From the NCBI GenBank assembly GCA_009103225.1, contig RHPI01002069.1:1284744-1348743 (forward strand): a stretch of DNA of 64,000 nt. The letters run 5' to 3'. Shown here in pieces: positions 24,930 through 41,845 of the stretch. Made by a program: the position numbers and the translations under genes. Source of the stretch: Chlorokybus atmophyticus (Eukaryota; Plantae; Mesostigma and Chlorokybus algae). How positions within the stretch are numbered: position 1 is the stretch's first letter; each line of letters starts with the position of its first letter. The notes below the pieces were generated by a model. It worked only from the letters and a program-made list of their open reading frames with translations. It ran no database searches and was not told where the DNA came from.

Positions 24930-27900
24930 CCCTCAAGTGCTCTCCACAAACTGATGGAGTTGTGTGTTTCAGCGCCACATTGCATGGCAAGAAAACTGCT
25001 ATTACACATAACTGTTTATTGTAGTCCGTTTGCTCACAAGGGTAAGCAGTTTCAAGATTGTGGCATACAAGCTTATGAGTGCCGTGATTCAACATGCAAG
25101 CAACACAATCTAGATTTTGCAACACTCATATTGCTTTATCAATTGATGAGCGATGTATAGGCATTCCAATATGTCCGATGCATGATAGTGCAGCACCACA
25201 AGCTTAGCAAGCACACGCAGCACACATCGGCATCCACATCAGCAAATTACAATCAATATGGGTCGGGGGACCTAGCTAAGCTATGTGCGTGCAACTTCAC
25301 AAGCAATGTTAGCTTGATAAGTGTGTGCCTTGCTTGTATAAAAGACAATGGCACCTGCGTGAGACAAGGCGCATGCGCAGGTGATTGCCGGACACGCATG
25401 CTGGTGTGACTAGCGGGGTAGGGGCTTGGTGTGTTAGGTAGAGTTGGCAGCCTGGTGGTGAACTGCTAGTGTACTGTTAACGTTGTTGGGCACGTGTTAA
25501 TTACATATCGACGCGAACTATTGCCATGTTGTTTTGATTGCAATATTAACTAAAGGAGTGGAGGTAGTAAGTACGAGCGTTGCCATTCACTGCTGCTCGG
25601 AAAGCCGATGTTTATTATCCACTGCAAACCGCACATAAAAGCATGAGACATCGGGTAAACAGCAGCGAATAGCCTTGCGCATAACGTCGCAATTGCTTTC
25701 ACATAAATAAGCTGGCATAGCATCTTGTTCATCATTGGTGTCATTGCTTGAACCGACAACTCTGATGTGGAGCTCGGCCGCTTTCGAAGTTATTGTCGAG
25801 GTTGTTGGGGACATCTACCTTGCTGAAAGCAGGTTTTAAAACATGGAGGTCGCTTTGCAGCGTGCCGAAGGCACAATTGATGAAGTGGAGGTGGCTTTGT
25901 TGCAAGAGGCTGCATCTCTGAACGCCACGATCAGCAACCCTACTGTGGCATTGAAAGATGCGCAGATAGCGCATCTCGAGCTTATGGGGCTCATAAGCAA
26001 CCACCGGCTCCATCTGCTAGTTACTTACTTAAGGGCTTGAAGTATGTTAAACATGCGCGGCCTGCTAGGTATCTTGGTTTTGAATTGTTACCATTGCGTT
26101 CAATGAATTTTAACATCTTTGCTTTCAATGTTTTCGTAGAGTTTGATTTCGAGTGCAAAGAGAAGTTTTTGATGATGGAGTTCAGCACAACGTGAATTCG
26201 TTTGAACATCTTGAAGGCATACCTTCAAACGGATGATGGCGCAGTGATGAGGCGTTGTGTGCAGCAAAACAAATTGGGCCAAGAAGAAGGGAAAGAAAGT
26301 GAAATATAACAAGCTTAAAGTTTTAGCTTAAGAGTGAGGTTAACACAAAAAACCAACACCAATACGTGTTTCTGCCGTGGAGTGTGGCTACAAGAGAAAA
26401 GCGTGCAATAGGGAGCCAGCTATGTTTCTGTTATTACTGCTTGATAGCGATTTTAGCGAAATTGTAGCTTATATCGTGCGCTTGCGGAGTACAAACGGAG
26501 TACAAACGAAGGCATGTAAAAGACACGGTCACTGCATCTGTGCGTTATTGTAAATGTAGTGACTGTTTACATTACTGTTCGGAGTGTTTTGGACCTCCAT
26601 TGGCCTACGCTGCGAGGTTGTAAGCCGCGCTTAAGCGTATACTTAACGCCGCGCATGAGGTGAGAATGCCAACGAGGGCAGTTATGAAGGCTATAACTAT
26701 TAACATCTATTCAATGCGTATTTGAAGTTATTGCGTGGTTGTACTGTATTTGCACCAGGCTTGCTTGAATAGGCTAGCAGCAACAGCTGCAGCTGAAAAG
26801 GATGACCAAGCGGAGCTGAACAGCTTTGTGAACATTAATGCAATCATTTGGGCAATATTAGCAAAGCTGCAGGCGATATTAAAGCGGTGCTTAATACAAA
26901 GTCACAAGCAAGTGTCTTATGTCAAACACTATCAGATGTGTAGTACCCAATCACGCATACACACAGGTGCAGCACAGGTCTGATGCCCTTTGTTTGTGTA
27001 CATCATCTCGATGCCGTTGTTACTAGAAATACATATTTGCTCAAGTTATTACAAATGGAAAGCCTTTCCCTCATCTGTCGCGATGTGACAAATTATGAAA
27101 AGGCTTTTTTTTCAAACCCACGTTGCAGACAAATGGTGGACATTTACTACAACATGCTAACAATCCATGACATCATGGCATAATTATGATTCAATAAGTG
27201 ACATGACAGCAATAGCTGTAAAGCATGCTACTTTCTTCCATGCATGCTCATCCATACATTTATGCCCACCTTCCCCTCGCTCCCTCCTCTGCATCGCAAT
27301 TCTCGAGCGAAATTGCCCCCGATACTCTCATCTCGCTTTTTCCTCGTGCATAACTTTAACAATCAATGGCAATAAAGCCATTACTATCCGTAAACATTTT
27401 TAAGGTGCGTCGTACATAGGTAGGACAGCACACCGGTATGTTGATTTCACGTAAAGTTAGCATTTGTGAAGTACTTCAAGGTTCTTCAGCGGCTTGTAAT
27501 TTACTAACGTGTGTACTATCATGTAATGACTTACATTACAATGGCAATCCGGCACCCTTTTCCTAACTCATTAACCCCATGAACCGTGGTTTGAGCAAGG
27601 GCTGGCATAGGGCTGTGTGGGGACAACGTGGGTCACGTTACCAATTTGGATGAACGTGCCACGCTGGCTGTGGGTGCACGCGCAGCAATGCCATGATTCT
27701 GCTCTGCACGGAAGGCTGCAGCCAATCCGGCTCAGCCAGCGGAGGTCCGCCGCTCCGGATGTAAATCTCGGCTCCAAGCCAGGACCGGTCAAGGCGCGCG
27801 CCGCGACCCCAACGCGTCCACCACACACGGGCATCCAACCTCCTGGCGGCGCTGCTTGGGCTGCCGTCGCAGTTAACCAAGTTCTTTAGCCACCTATGCC

Positions 27901-28295
27901 AGATAGAAGGATATGTTTGTCCTGGATCTATAAATCTGCTGATTTTGTGTGAAAGACTGACTCTACTACCCAGGTAGAGTCCTGTCACTCCGTTAGCACT
28001 TGACGACGATGGCTGGCATCAGCTTCGGGCCAGCGGGTCAAAGTTGCACAGATGCCGGCGAATGGCCGGTCACCGAGAGCGGGAAAGTGACCAAACCGCC
28101 GCCGCCGCCGCCGCCGCCGTTAGCTTTGTGGCGGCGTTGTCGAGTCGCTCAGGGGGGAAGGGCGAGGAAAGACGTGGACAGGCGGCGGCGGGGGTGTGGA
28201 GGTGGTCGGAGGTGGAAGCAGCGAGCTTGAGGGGGAAGTCAGAAACCAGGCGCAGGGGTGAGGGGGCGCCCGGGAGCACAGGCAGCTGCTTGTAA

Positions 28296-32373
<4,078 letters not shown>

Positions 32374-32505
32374 GTTCCACCCACAAGCCGACATTGGCTT
32401 GTTTCTTGATCGAGAGTGTGTTTGCTGTTTGACGAAGAGTATAGGGAAAAGCTGCTGTAAGCGGTCTAAGTGTTCACTGCCAAGCTTGTTTCAAAATGCG
32501 CTCCC

Positions 32506-32832
32506 NNNNNNNNNNNNNNNNNNNNNNNNNNNNNNNNNNNNNNNNNNNNNNNNNNNNNNNNNNNNNNNNNNNNNNNNNNNNNNNNNNNNNNNNNNNNNNN
32601 NNNNNNNNNNNNNNNNNNNNNNNNNNNNNNNNNNNNNNNNNNNNNNNNNNNNNNNNNNNNNNNNNNNNNNNNNNNNNNNNNNNNNNNNNNNNNNNNNNNN
32701 NNNNNNNNNNNNNNNNNNNNNNNNNNNNNNNNNNNNNNNNNNNNNNNNNNNNNNNNNNNNNNNNNNNNNNNNNNNNNNNNNNNNNNNNNNNNNNNNNNNN
32801 NNNNNNNNNNNNNNNNNNNNNNNNNNNNNNNN
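32506..32832. other. Assembly gap (N run)
   Basis: Run of n. Confidence 1.
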
Positions 32833-34347
32833 CCCACACACCCCTTCTGCTGCTTGTGATGGAGTGTTTCAAGTTGAGAGCAAGAGACGCATAATACTTG
32901 TTGCTGTGCTGTCACCCTTGGCCAAAGATATCAACACTACATACAACACTACATACAAATGTATCTGGGCATACCACAATGCCAATTGATTGCTATGCAA
33001 CGCATGCATGCAGTCGTGCCATTGTCCATCCATAGGCCTGGACTGAGGATGCATGCGGGCACCCCTTTTACGCATACCTTGCAGTCATAGTAGCTGACCC
33101 TTTGTATACCCACAAGCCACAATGCAGCCATATGCAGCAGCGCGCAACACAGCATACCCCTTGTTTACACACGGCGATGGTATAGCACCCACACAAATCC
33201 CTGTCAGATCTTTTGTGCAGCCCCGCACATGTCCTGTACACGACCATGACTGCGAACATATGGCTGCGATTGATGAGGGAGTACACGACATTCATGCATG
33301 TCCATGCTGTGCAGAAATCGATGGAAACCTAAGAATGCAGCGGGGCTGAGAGTGACGGCAGTTTCGTAGAGGCGAGGGGCAGTCGGCTGATCGTCTCCGC
33401 CATGTGTGATCGGCACTAATGCAGATACGGCAGTGTGGCAGGTAAACCGCGACCATGCACACACACCCTTGCCTGCAGGTTCAGGTTCAGCCGACTGGTC
33501 CTTGCTATGGCGGTACGTCGTCATTGTTGGACTTGCCCTTAGTTGCACTTGGTGACTTGCATTCAGCCCCTAGCTAAGCCCTCTTGTGATTATAGCCGCG
33601 GTGCTGGGATGGGGTCCTGTAGCGCAAGGCCCTCCGACCACTGAGGCAGACGACGCAGTTGCTTGGCATGACGGGGTGTGTGTGTTGGATTGTGTTGATT
33701 GTGCACGGTTGAGCAGGGTGACAGTTAGGTATGGTGACAGCGCTGACAGCGAACGCTTGCATGTCGATAATAATAGAGGCGTCATTGTGCAGCTCTGGGT
33801 GGGTGGGTGGCTGGCTGTACGTTAAGGACTGCAGTGTGTTGCCATGTGTGCTTGCATATAAGGCATTGTGTGTAGCATGTAATGTAAGTGTACATCAAAT
33901 GCAGGACATGCATGTATTGCCTTGCTTGCTAGCTTGTGTGTGCGTGTGACTGTTGGCTACTGTGAGCACGGACCGCATGCTTGCTTGCATTCTTGCAAGT
34001 CAGCTAAGAGGCCCGAGGCGTTTTCACTGCGTCCCGAATAATGACAACTAGGGTGTGCATTTAGACCGGTGGTGACGTGAGCAGCGGTCACCGCGCGATG
34101 TCCATGCTTATGTGTAGCTGACTCTGTCGGCGTCATCGGGCGTTATCGCCGACGATGTTGGGAGGCCACCGTCGACTGCTGTTGTCGTCATGACGGTTGT
34201 ATCCGTATTGAAGCGCGCGAATGTGTGAGTTTTGAAAATGGGTTTGCACAGTGCTTGCGTGGGGCAGCTGCAAGCCCGGGCTTGGTTGTGCACCTGTGTG
34301 TGATAGGTGGCGGCGGCGGCTTGGTGGTGTTTGTGTCGGTTTAGGTC

Positions 34348-35344
34348 GTGGCTGCGTTGATGGATAGCCAGGGTGTGGGTGAGGGGGGGGAATTTGATGG
34401 CGAGCAGGTGGGTAGCATACATGTTGAGGCCACCCAAGGCGAGGGTTGTGGAGAAGCTGCAGACAAACCGGGGGAGGCTTCGCAGGCCGCCGAAGGGCGA
34501 GGGCGCAGGCCGAGGCCTGCTGCTGGGTCTGGTGCCACGTCGCCAGGTGACGTGGCAAAACACAAGAAGCGGAAGGTGCAGCAGAAAAACGCCTCTCAGA
34601 AGTATCGTGACAGTCGCAAGAATGTGATAGAGGCTCTCAGGGCGGATCTCAACCTGTCTGACGGGTTGAACGACAGCGAGGTGCTGAAGGCTGTTGCGAC
34701 TTCTGGACGCTGTTGGCGGTTGAATCCAGACCGGCGTACACTTCAGATGCTGCCGGTGAGTATAGTCGGTTGTGTTGTGCATCTGTTCTGGCAGGCACTG
34801 CGTATGGATTGATGGATGTATAGTGTGTGTCGTTTGGTCTCTCAATTTGACCATTGCGCAGGGTATCCATCCAGAGTGGCGACTGCCTGGCTCTCAAGGA
34901 GTGGGCGAAGACACCGCAAGGCGTGATTACACCCCGTATATTAGTCCACCTCTCGGCAGTACATATGTGGTAAGTGCTGTTGTGTGTTGTTGACTGGTGT
35001 ACGTGTACATGGCACTGGCGCAGCTTTGTGTTCAAGTGTTGAGGTGTTATTGACGTGTGCGTGCTGCGTGCTTGTGCCAGAGTGTACGCAGTGACAATCA
35101 GGAGAACATTGACCCTGCTACAAACATTGGCAATGGGTGTAGGCCTGCTGCGCCAAGCAGTTCGCATCACGGCAATCACGCTGCAAGACCTTTCGAGTCC
35201 CACATGCAAGGGTCGATGACGTCGCAGAGTTGTGACAACAGTGTGCAGCACGCATCGCAAGCATCTCAACAGCAGACCACTAGCAGACTGCCGCAGTATG
35301 GTACACCCAGGGCTCCTTTTGTCCGTCATTACCCTTACCCTTAG
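34348..35344 (+). CDS. 5' exons of the Academ element: basic bZIP/bHLH-like module (exons ~34348-34755, 34861-34969, ~35092-35300 or -35344)
   Basis: KHKKRKVQQKNASQKYRDSRKNVIEALRADLNLSDGLNDSEVLKAV; GT-AG introns. It may end at TAG 35342-35344 or splice on into the transposase. Confidence 0.55.
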
Positions 35345-35806
35345 TACCATGGCTAGGCAGTTGACTGAAATGTGCATGCTATGTGACTGCTAGGTAATGA
35401 GACGGCCAGTCCTGCAAGAAGGGGTGTGCCCTTGTTCAACATGAACGTTTGTGCGGACAACTTGTCCTCAGTGCAGGTCAGCTTTGTAGGGGTGTGCACT
35501 CTTGTCTCCCGTGACGTGTTATGTCATTTGGCAAATGCTTCGGTGCAAGTGGCAAAACTGTTGTGTGCATAGCGTACCATGCTCTACACACTCTCACCAG
35601 CCCATGCGCGTTCTAACTAAATCACTATCGCCCCACGAGTGTGAAAATCAGCGTGTGATATACTGCACATGCAATCCGCCTATTCATGTTATGCTAGTTG
35701 TGTAGCCAGTGTTGCATGGTCTTGTGCTCACATTCTTAGGTCTTGTGCTCACATGTTTAGGTCAGAGTTGTGCAACTGTGTTTGAGACCGGACTTGCCGT
35801 ATGCAG

Positions 35807-38800
35807 GATGTGCTGGCTGCATGGGAGTCTGATAGGTGCGGTTTGATGCGGCAAGTAGAAGATGCACTTAATGCCTTGGGGGCTGCGGAAATGGACAACC
35901 TGAACTTGCAGCATGCATTACATGAATGGGAGGTGAGGAGTGCGGGGCAGCATGCATCCGGGGGACAGCAACCGCATAAAAGTCCAGACTGTGGAGCATG
36001 CAACAATGATACCGAGCGAACATCGAGGAATCCAGTATTACAAAGGGAAGACCAACGGACGCATGAGCAGCTGCATGCAACTGTCTGTAGGCTAGAGGGT
36101 GAGCTTCTGGCTGCGCGAGCAGCTACTAGAAACAATGTGGAGGAGATGGATCGCCAGCGACTGGTGGCAGGCGAGCGAATTGACGGGGAGCGGCAACGGT
36201 TGTTGGCACTTGTGCAGCTGTGTGAGACTGAGCTGCGTGACTTGCAAGTTCGGTTCGACAGCTGCCAGCAAGACACAGAGGTGAGTATGAACCTACTGAT
36301 CTGTGCAAGTGTCTACAGCTGAGAGTGCTTGCTTGGCAGCGTGTGCAGCGCGAGAGTGAAGCTGCAGGGTCGCGCGTAGCACAGTCAGTGGAGGATGTGA
36401 GGGATCTGAAAAAACGGGAGGCACTTGCACTGGCCAAGGTGTTGCAGCTCGAGCACGACTGCTGCTGCAAGCAAGAAGTCATTGATGTGAGTGCAAGTGT
36501 TGTTGAGGTGGCCACACCTCTCATTTCTGTCAATCACAGTACAATGCTTGAGTGTGACCACGTGCAGGGCCTGCAGCGTGATCTGTCCGAAGCTGAAGAT
36601 GATGTGCGAGTGATGCATGGAAGAATGCAAGAGGCTGAGCAGATGCATGCACAAAGCACAGCACAAGTGTCGCAGCTGGAGGGTGAGGTCAACAGATTAC
36701 AGGATGCTCTCGATGCCCTGAGGCACACACCTGGTCAAGGTATGCCTGCGTGGCAGCAGCAGGCCTCGCGCCAAGAGGAGCATCTGTTATTGTTGAGGGA
36801 TGTAGCGGGAGGGTGCAGGGTGGGGGACTTGCCTGCAGAACCCTTGCGCTACATTGCGATGCAGCTGTCTGTTGCTGCTCATGTGAAAATGAGTGACGTT
36901 GGAGCGTTGTACAAGCTCAGTCATCATCAGAGAGGCAACCTGGTACGTACCGCGAGGCGTGTTCTGCAAGGAGCGCTCTTTGTAGTTACTGGGTCCAAGA
37001 GGTATGGGACGTTACTCATGAGGAGTTGGATGGACCCAGTTGCCTGCATGCTGGGGGTGGTGCAGCACGGGATTGAAGATCAGAGGGACGAGCAGGAGGC
37101 ATTGCCAGCACGCACCTTGGTGTACATCAGGCAGTTGGTAAAAGAGGAGGCGGCGAGGAGGTGCGAGTTTAACAGCAAGACTTGTGCCGATGAACGGTTT
37201 CTGGACGAAGAAAGAGAGCTGGGTGGTTGCCACCCAGATCTGCTGCGACTGTTCGAGGTCATGACGGGAACGTTGCCAACCTGCGCCGACCTACGGAACT
37301 GGCAGAGAGTCAAGCATCTGAGAGCTGTGTACCTACTGAGCTCTGTCATCTACACAAGGAACTCGCATGCGTACTCTCGCCTGCATGCCTCCCTGGGGGA
37401 AGCTGTCAGGTCCTTTGGTGGTTCACCTAAGCTGCAAACGCTGCTCAACAGACTTGGCGTATGCATCAGCACTGCTACGCTGGACCGCCACTCTATGTCA
37501 CGCGAATTTGAGGCTGGCAAAAACCCATGTCCTGTGCAACTTGGAGGCCAGGAACTAGTGGTGGCCAGCATAGATAACTGGGATTTCAGATGCGCAGGCC
37601 AGTTGCGCTTCAATGGGCGACCAGATCAGGACTTGCACTGTACGACCACATAGGTGGTTGTGCCACGGCCAACACAGCAGGCAGCAGCTCAGATGCATGA
37701 GGTGCCAGCTCAGAGATTCAGGACGCTGGCGGAAGCAGGCATTGAAGGACCTACCCGAGCCGAGGTGCCAATCCATCTCCCGAGACCGCGCACACACATT
37801 ACTCCACCCACAAGCGAGACAATTACTGTCAAGACAGATGCCGAGGATGCAAGAATGTGCAGCTTTCAGGTTGCATTGCACAACACTGTGTGGAAGAGGG
37901 CGGCTATGCGTGAGCTGCAGGAGAACAAGCTGAAGAACGTGCTCGCGTACCTGCTTGGTGCTGGCGAGTCACAGCACCCCAGCCATGTCTACTATATGCC
38001 ACTCCTCCCTTTCAACCCGGACAAGCCTGACCATCTGAAACTGGCGCTCCTAAAGCTGAAAGAGCACGTGAAGGTGGAAGAGTCAGGCTGCAAGATTCTC
38101 GTGGCTGGTGATCAAAAGACATTCAGCGTGATGCAATCATTAAAGCACACAGAACCTGGCTACTGGGACTGGCTTTTACCACTACCTGGTGACTGGCACG
38201 CTCTTTACAACCTCCTACCTGTATTGTTCAAGGTCTACTGGGACGCTGGATTGGATGAGATGGCTGTGTGCGTAGGCGTGCCGAGCAGTACAGCACGCAA
38301 TATGCTGGCTGAAGGGACAAACTGGAAGCGCATGCATGCGTACCTGCTGGAGTGCTGGGAGGCACTATACCGCTACCAGCTCCGTCTCTTCTTGGAGGCT
38401 CACCCAAATGTTAGCGAGGAACTTGGTATACCCAATGTGGCTGACATCAATCTCACAAATCACAGGCACTGCGCTGAGTTCTTCGCTTATGGATCTGCAC
38501 GTACAGAACAGGACGCCACATGGGCAATGTGGTGGAATTTCACCACAAGGGATGCAGCAGCATACCTGGCGCTCTACTTTGCTCTACGCACCAGCCAGTG
38601 GGATTTGAGGGTGGCAACATACAAGACACTGTCACCGCTGTCTTTCGCATGGGATCGCCCCCACTACCAGCGCCTGATCAGTCAGCATCTAGTGTACATC
38701 GTTCAAATGCCACCAGACATTCTGCAACAACTACAACAAGGGGCTTTCACCATTAGCGTGACTGGCAAGGGTGCAAGCAGTGTGGGATTAGATGAGGCAC

Positions 38801-41100
38801 ACGAGATGCTGATTAATAAGGACTTAAAGGCAACGTTGACTCGTCCCAATCCAGACTATTTGACACGCCGTACAGCTCATCTCTCCCATGCAGCTGTCCC
38901 AGTGAAGCGTCTATGGCATCTTCAGCGCATCAAAGATGGCCCACCAAACACACCTGCACTAGTTGTCCCCAGCGATAAGACGTGCATCACAGTGAAGGCA
39001 ATGGTGTCAATGCTGGAGACTGCAGCCGTTCTCACCGTGGTTAGAGATGAAAGGCTCGTGCATCTGATCAATGGAAGAGAGGCCAGCCCCGCGGCTGCCT
39101 CTGACTTGAGCAAACACTATGCAGTTGGACAGGACCAGTTTGAGCTGTATGTGAAGTGCGTGCACAGCAACGAGATGTCTGGGCACAACATTGGCAGGCG
39201 CTTTTGCCTGAAAACAATGCAAGCCAAGAAACTGGTGATCAACAAGGGTAGGGCATTGCGGTGCATCAAAAAAACCAAGACACTTATCTTGAAAAAGCTG
39301 GCAAAGTCTGGGGCGCCAGTGGATACCGTTATGGCATCATACCAAGCGATACCCATGGCTATCTTCGCGGAAGATGGCAGCATGCGCAAGGGGGACAAGT
39401 CCAAGTTTCTCACGCTACTCAGCAAGGGATGCCCAGCCTCTGAGCTGCTCAGACATCCAGTTGGCGTGCAAGCAATCATTGCGGAGGGAATGTTCTTCAT
39501 CAACAAGGGTCCAAGCACTGGTGTGCTCAACATGAGGGATTACCTGCTGCAAACAGTGCGCACCTGCCTGCTGCCAAGGTTGTACAACCCCAGCGTGCAA
39601 TCATTGCACGTGGTGTTCGATGATCCTGCCCATGCAAGTGGTGTCAAGTCCAGCTTGCAAGCGACCAGAGACAGTGGCGTTAGCAGGTCAGGCAGAAGCA
39701 TGACACTGGAAACAGAGGTGCCACGATCGTGGCGCGATCTGCTGGCTGACAGATCACTTAAGCGCAGCTTGTGCAGCCTCATGACGGAGCACATACCCGA
39801 GATGGTGGCCCCGTATCTGAGACCAGGGCAGACATTCATCATGGCTGGTGGGTCGGATTCTCCTGCATACAAAGACCTCGCCCGAGGTGTAACCCTCATG
39901 ACAGACGGATTGAGCTTCTTTGTGACTGATGCCTTCAAGTGCAACCATGCCGAGGCCGACAGCAGAGTGTGGCTGCATGCACATCGGTGTGACTACAGTT
40001 CCGTGCTCATCTACTCACCTGACACAGACGTCGCCATCATTGGGATGGCAGCCATTGAGCAATGGCAAACACCACAAAGGAGGTTGTACATTCAGCTGGC
40101 GCAGACAGGCCACTGCACCGCCAAGGCTCCGTTCTTGGACTTGAGTGCCCTGTACATGCACCTGGCACAAGTTCCACAGCTTAGACACATCCCACCAGAC
40201 CTGCGGGCCAGATTTTTGCTGTTGTTCTTTGCAGGAACAGGGTGCGACTATACTAGCTACTTCGCTGGCATTAGCAAGCCGTTCTTCTGGTCGGATGTCC
40301 TTGCTAGAGAGACAGAATTTATCATAGGGGGGGCTGACCTCCATGAAGCGACATGCTCCGCAGTGCTTCTCAGGTTGATCGGCTGTGCATACTTTGCGAA
40401 GCACAAGGCCATGTTTCCCGCCTACAACAGCGCAGCCAGCATCTTCTTCGACACCAATGGTGTTGCCGCTTGCAACGCAGACCCTGAAGCTCTGCGCGAG
40501 TGGCTGCACATTATCGCACAGGGCATATGGGAGAAGACTGCGGATAGCAAAGAAGACATGCCCTCACCGACCGCTCTTGAGCTACATGCACGGAGGAGCC
40601 TTTGGGTTGTCAGCATGTGGCTGCAGTGCTGCACTGCCCAAGTGGAGCAGCCACCACTGACACAGTATGGCTATGTTCACCAGGAAGGTTTGTACAAAGC
40701 GCAGATGGACACTGAGGAGAGCATGCAGGCCGCCAAAACAAGGGCACAGCTTCTGCTGCACGGGTGCAACTGCAAGAAGAATGCATGCAGAACACGCCAA
40801 TGCAAATGCAGAAAGAATGGCAGCAAGTGTGGCCAAAGTTGCGGCTGCCTCAACTGCCAGAACCTGGAGGACATACCCACACCAGCGCATGATTCAACAC
40901 CAACACCACCTGATGTGGAGGAGGGGACGGACGATGACTCTACCAGTTCACAGAGTGACGAGGAGGAAGATGAAGACCACATATCGCCGACGAGCAGGTT
41001 GGAGGAGGAGGACCAGGATGGTACACACGACGATGACGACAACACTATGGACGTGCATGCATGGCTCAACTCCATTCAGGATGCAGACATTGCTTGGTAG
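35807..41100 (+). pseudogene. Academ transposase-XPG-like-Cys-rich polyprotein, interrupted by one in-frame TAG (37651-37653)
   Basis: ORFs 36325-37653 and 37654-41100 are in the same frame. ASIDNWDF (37573), VAGDQKT (38110), LPGDWH, GLDEAHEMLINKD (38791); XPG/PIN-like NHAEADSR, SPDTDV, GCDYTSYFAGISK; PSPTALELHARR; C-terminal CNCK..C....C.C.....C...C.C..C.N; N-terminal coiled coil. Confidence 0.82.
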
Positions 41101-41619
41101 AATGAGCTAACAGTCTCGTGACAGAATAACACACTTGGTTGTACAATTGCGACACACACAGGTGTCTACCTGCATGCAACCCAACACGATGTGCAAGATG
41201 TATTGCCAATGCCAATGCACGGTGCCATCCTGCATGCATGCACTGACTCTCTGCACACAACACAAGCGAACTGACTCTGCACACACAAGCCATATGTACA
41301 AATCAGCTGCGACACCACACACAAGACCGAACTAACCATAAGCAGCACACTGTTGTCTAGTTGCCAGGCAGCTGCACAAACTCGGGTGCACCATGAACAG
41401 GGCAGAAGCAAGGTGCCTTGGGCAGTGGCGGCAGCACCACCATGCCAGGTTGCATGTACCCGCTAGGCCCCCTTGCAAGATCAAGCCATGCCAGACGCTG
41501 CCCTGCGCACAGAGCACTGATAATTCAGAACTCAAACACACACAGTAATCACAGGAAGGCACTATGCAAGTTGACTGAGAGAGACCACACAGACCTGCTC
41601 CAGGATCGTCACCCATCTG

Positions 41620-41845
41620 CCAGCATGCCCGCGAATTCGGCACACCACGCACAAGATGTTCCACGCACACGATGTCAGGCAATATGGGCCCATAGGCATC
41701 AGCACGCGGCTCTTCCGCATGTCGGGTCAAGGCGAGCTCGAAACTGTTGCAGAACTGGATGTGCAGCGCCTCGAGCTCACCGCCTTTCATCTCACGAGGA
41801 TACACCATCACGCCTTTCAGGGTCACCTGGCTCATAAAGACGAGA
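41620..41845 (-). CDS. Possible exon of a further, inward-facing gene in the right arm of the Academ element
   Basis: GC3-rich frame MSQVTLKGVMVYPREMKGGELEALHIQFCNSFELALTRHAEEPRADAYGPILPDIVCVEHL within ORF 41332-42258; no family recognised. Confidence 0.3.

Noticed and set aside
32399-32989. ORFs spanning N runs (also at 48498-49275 and 53169-53744)
   Set aside because: They are open only because N codons cannot be stops.
32950-33950. Gene between PABP and the Academ element
   Set aside because: Only short ORFs on both strands with no consistent exon chain or domain.
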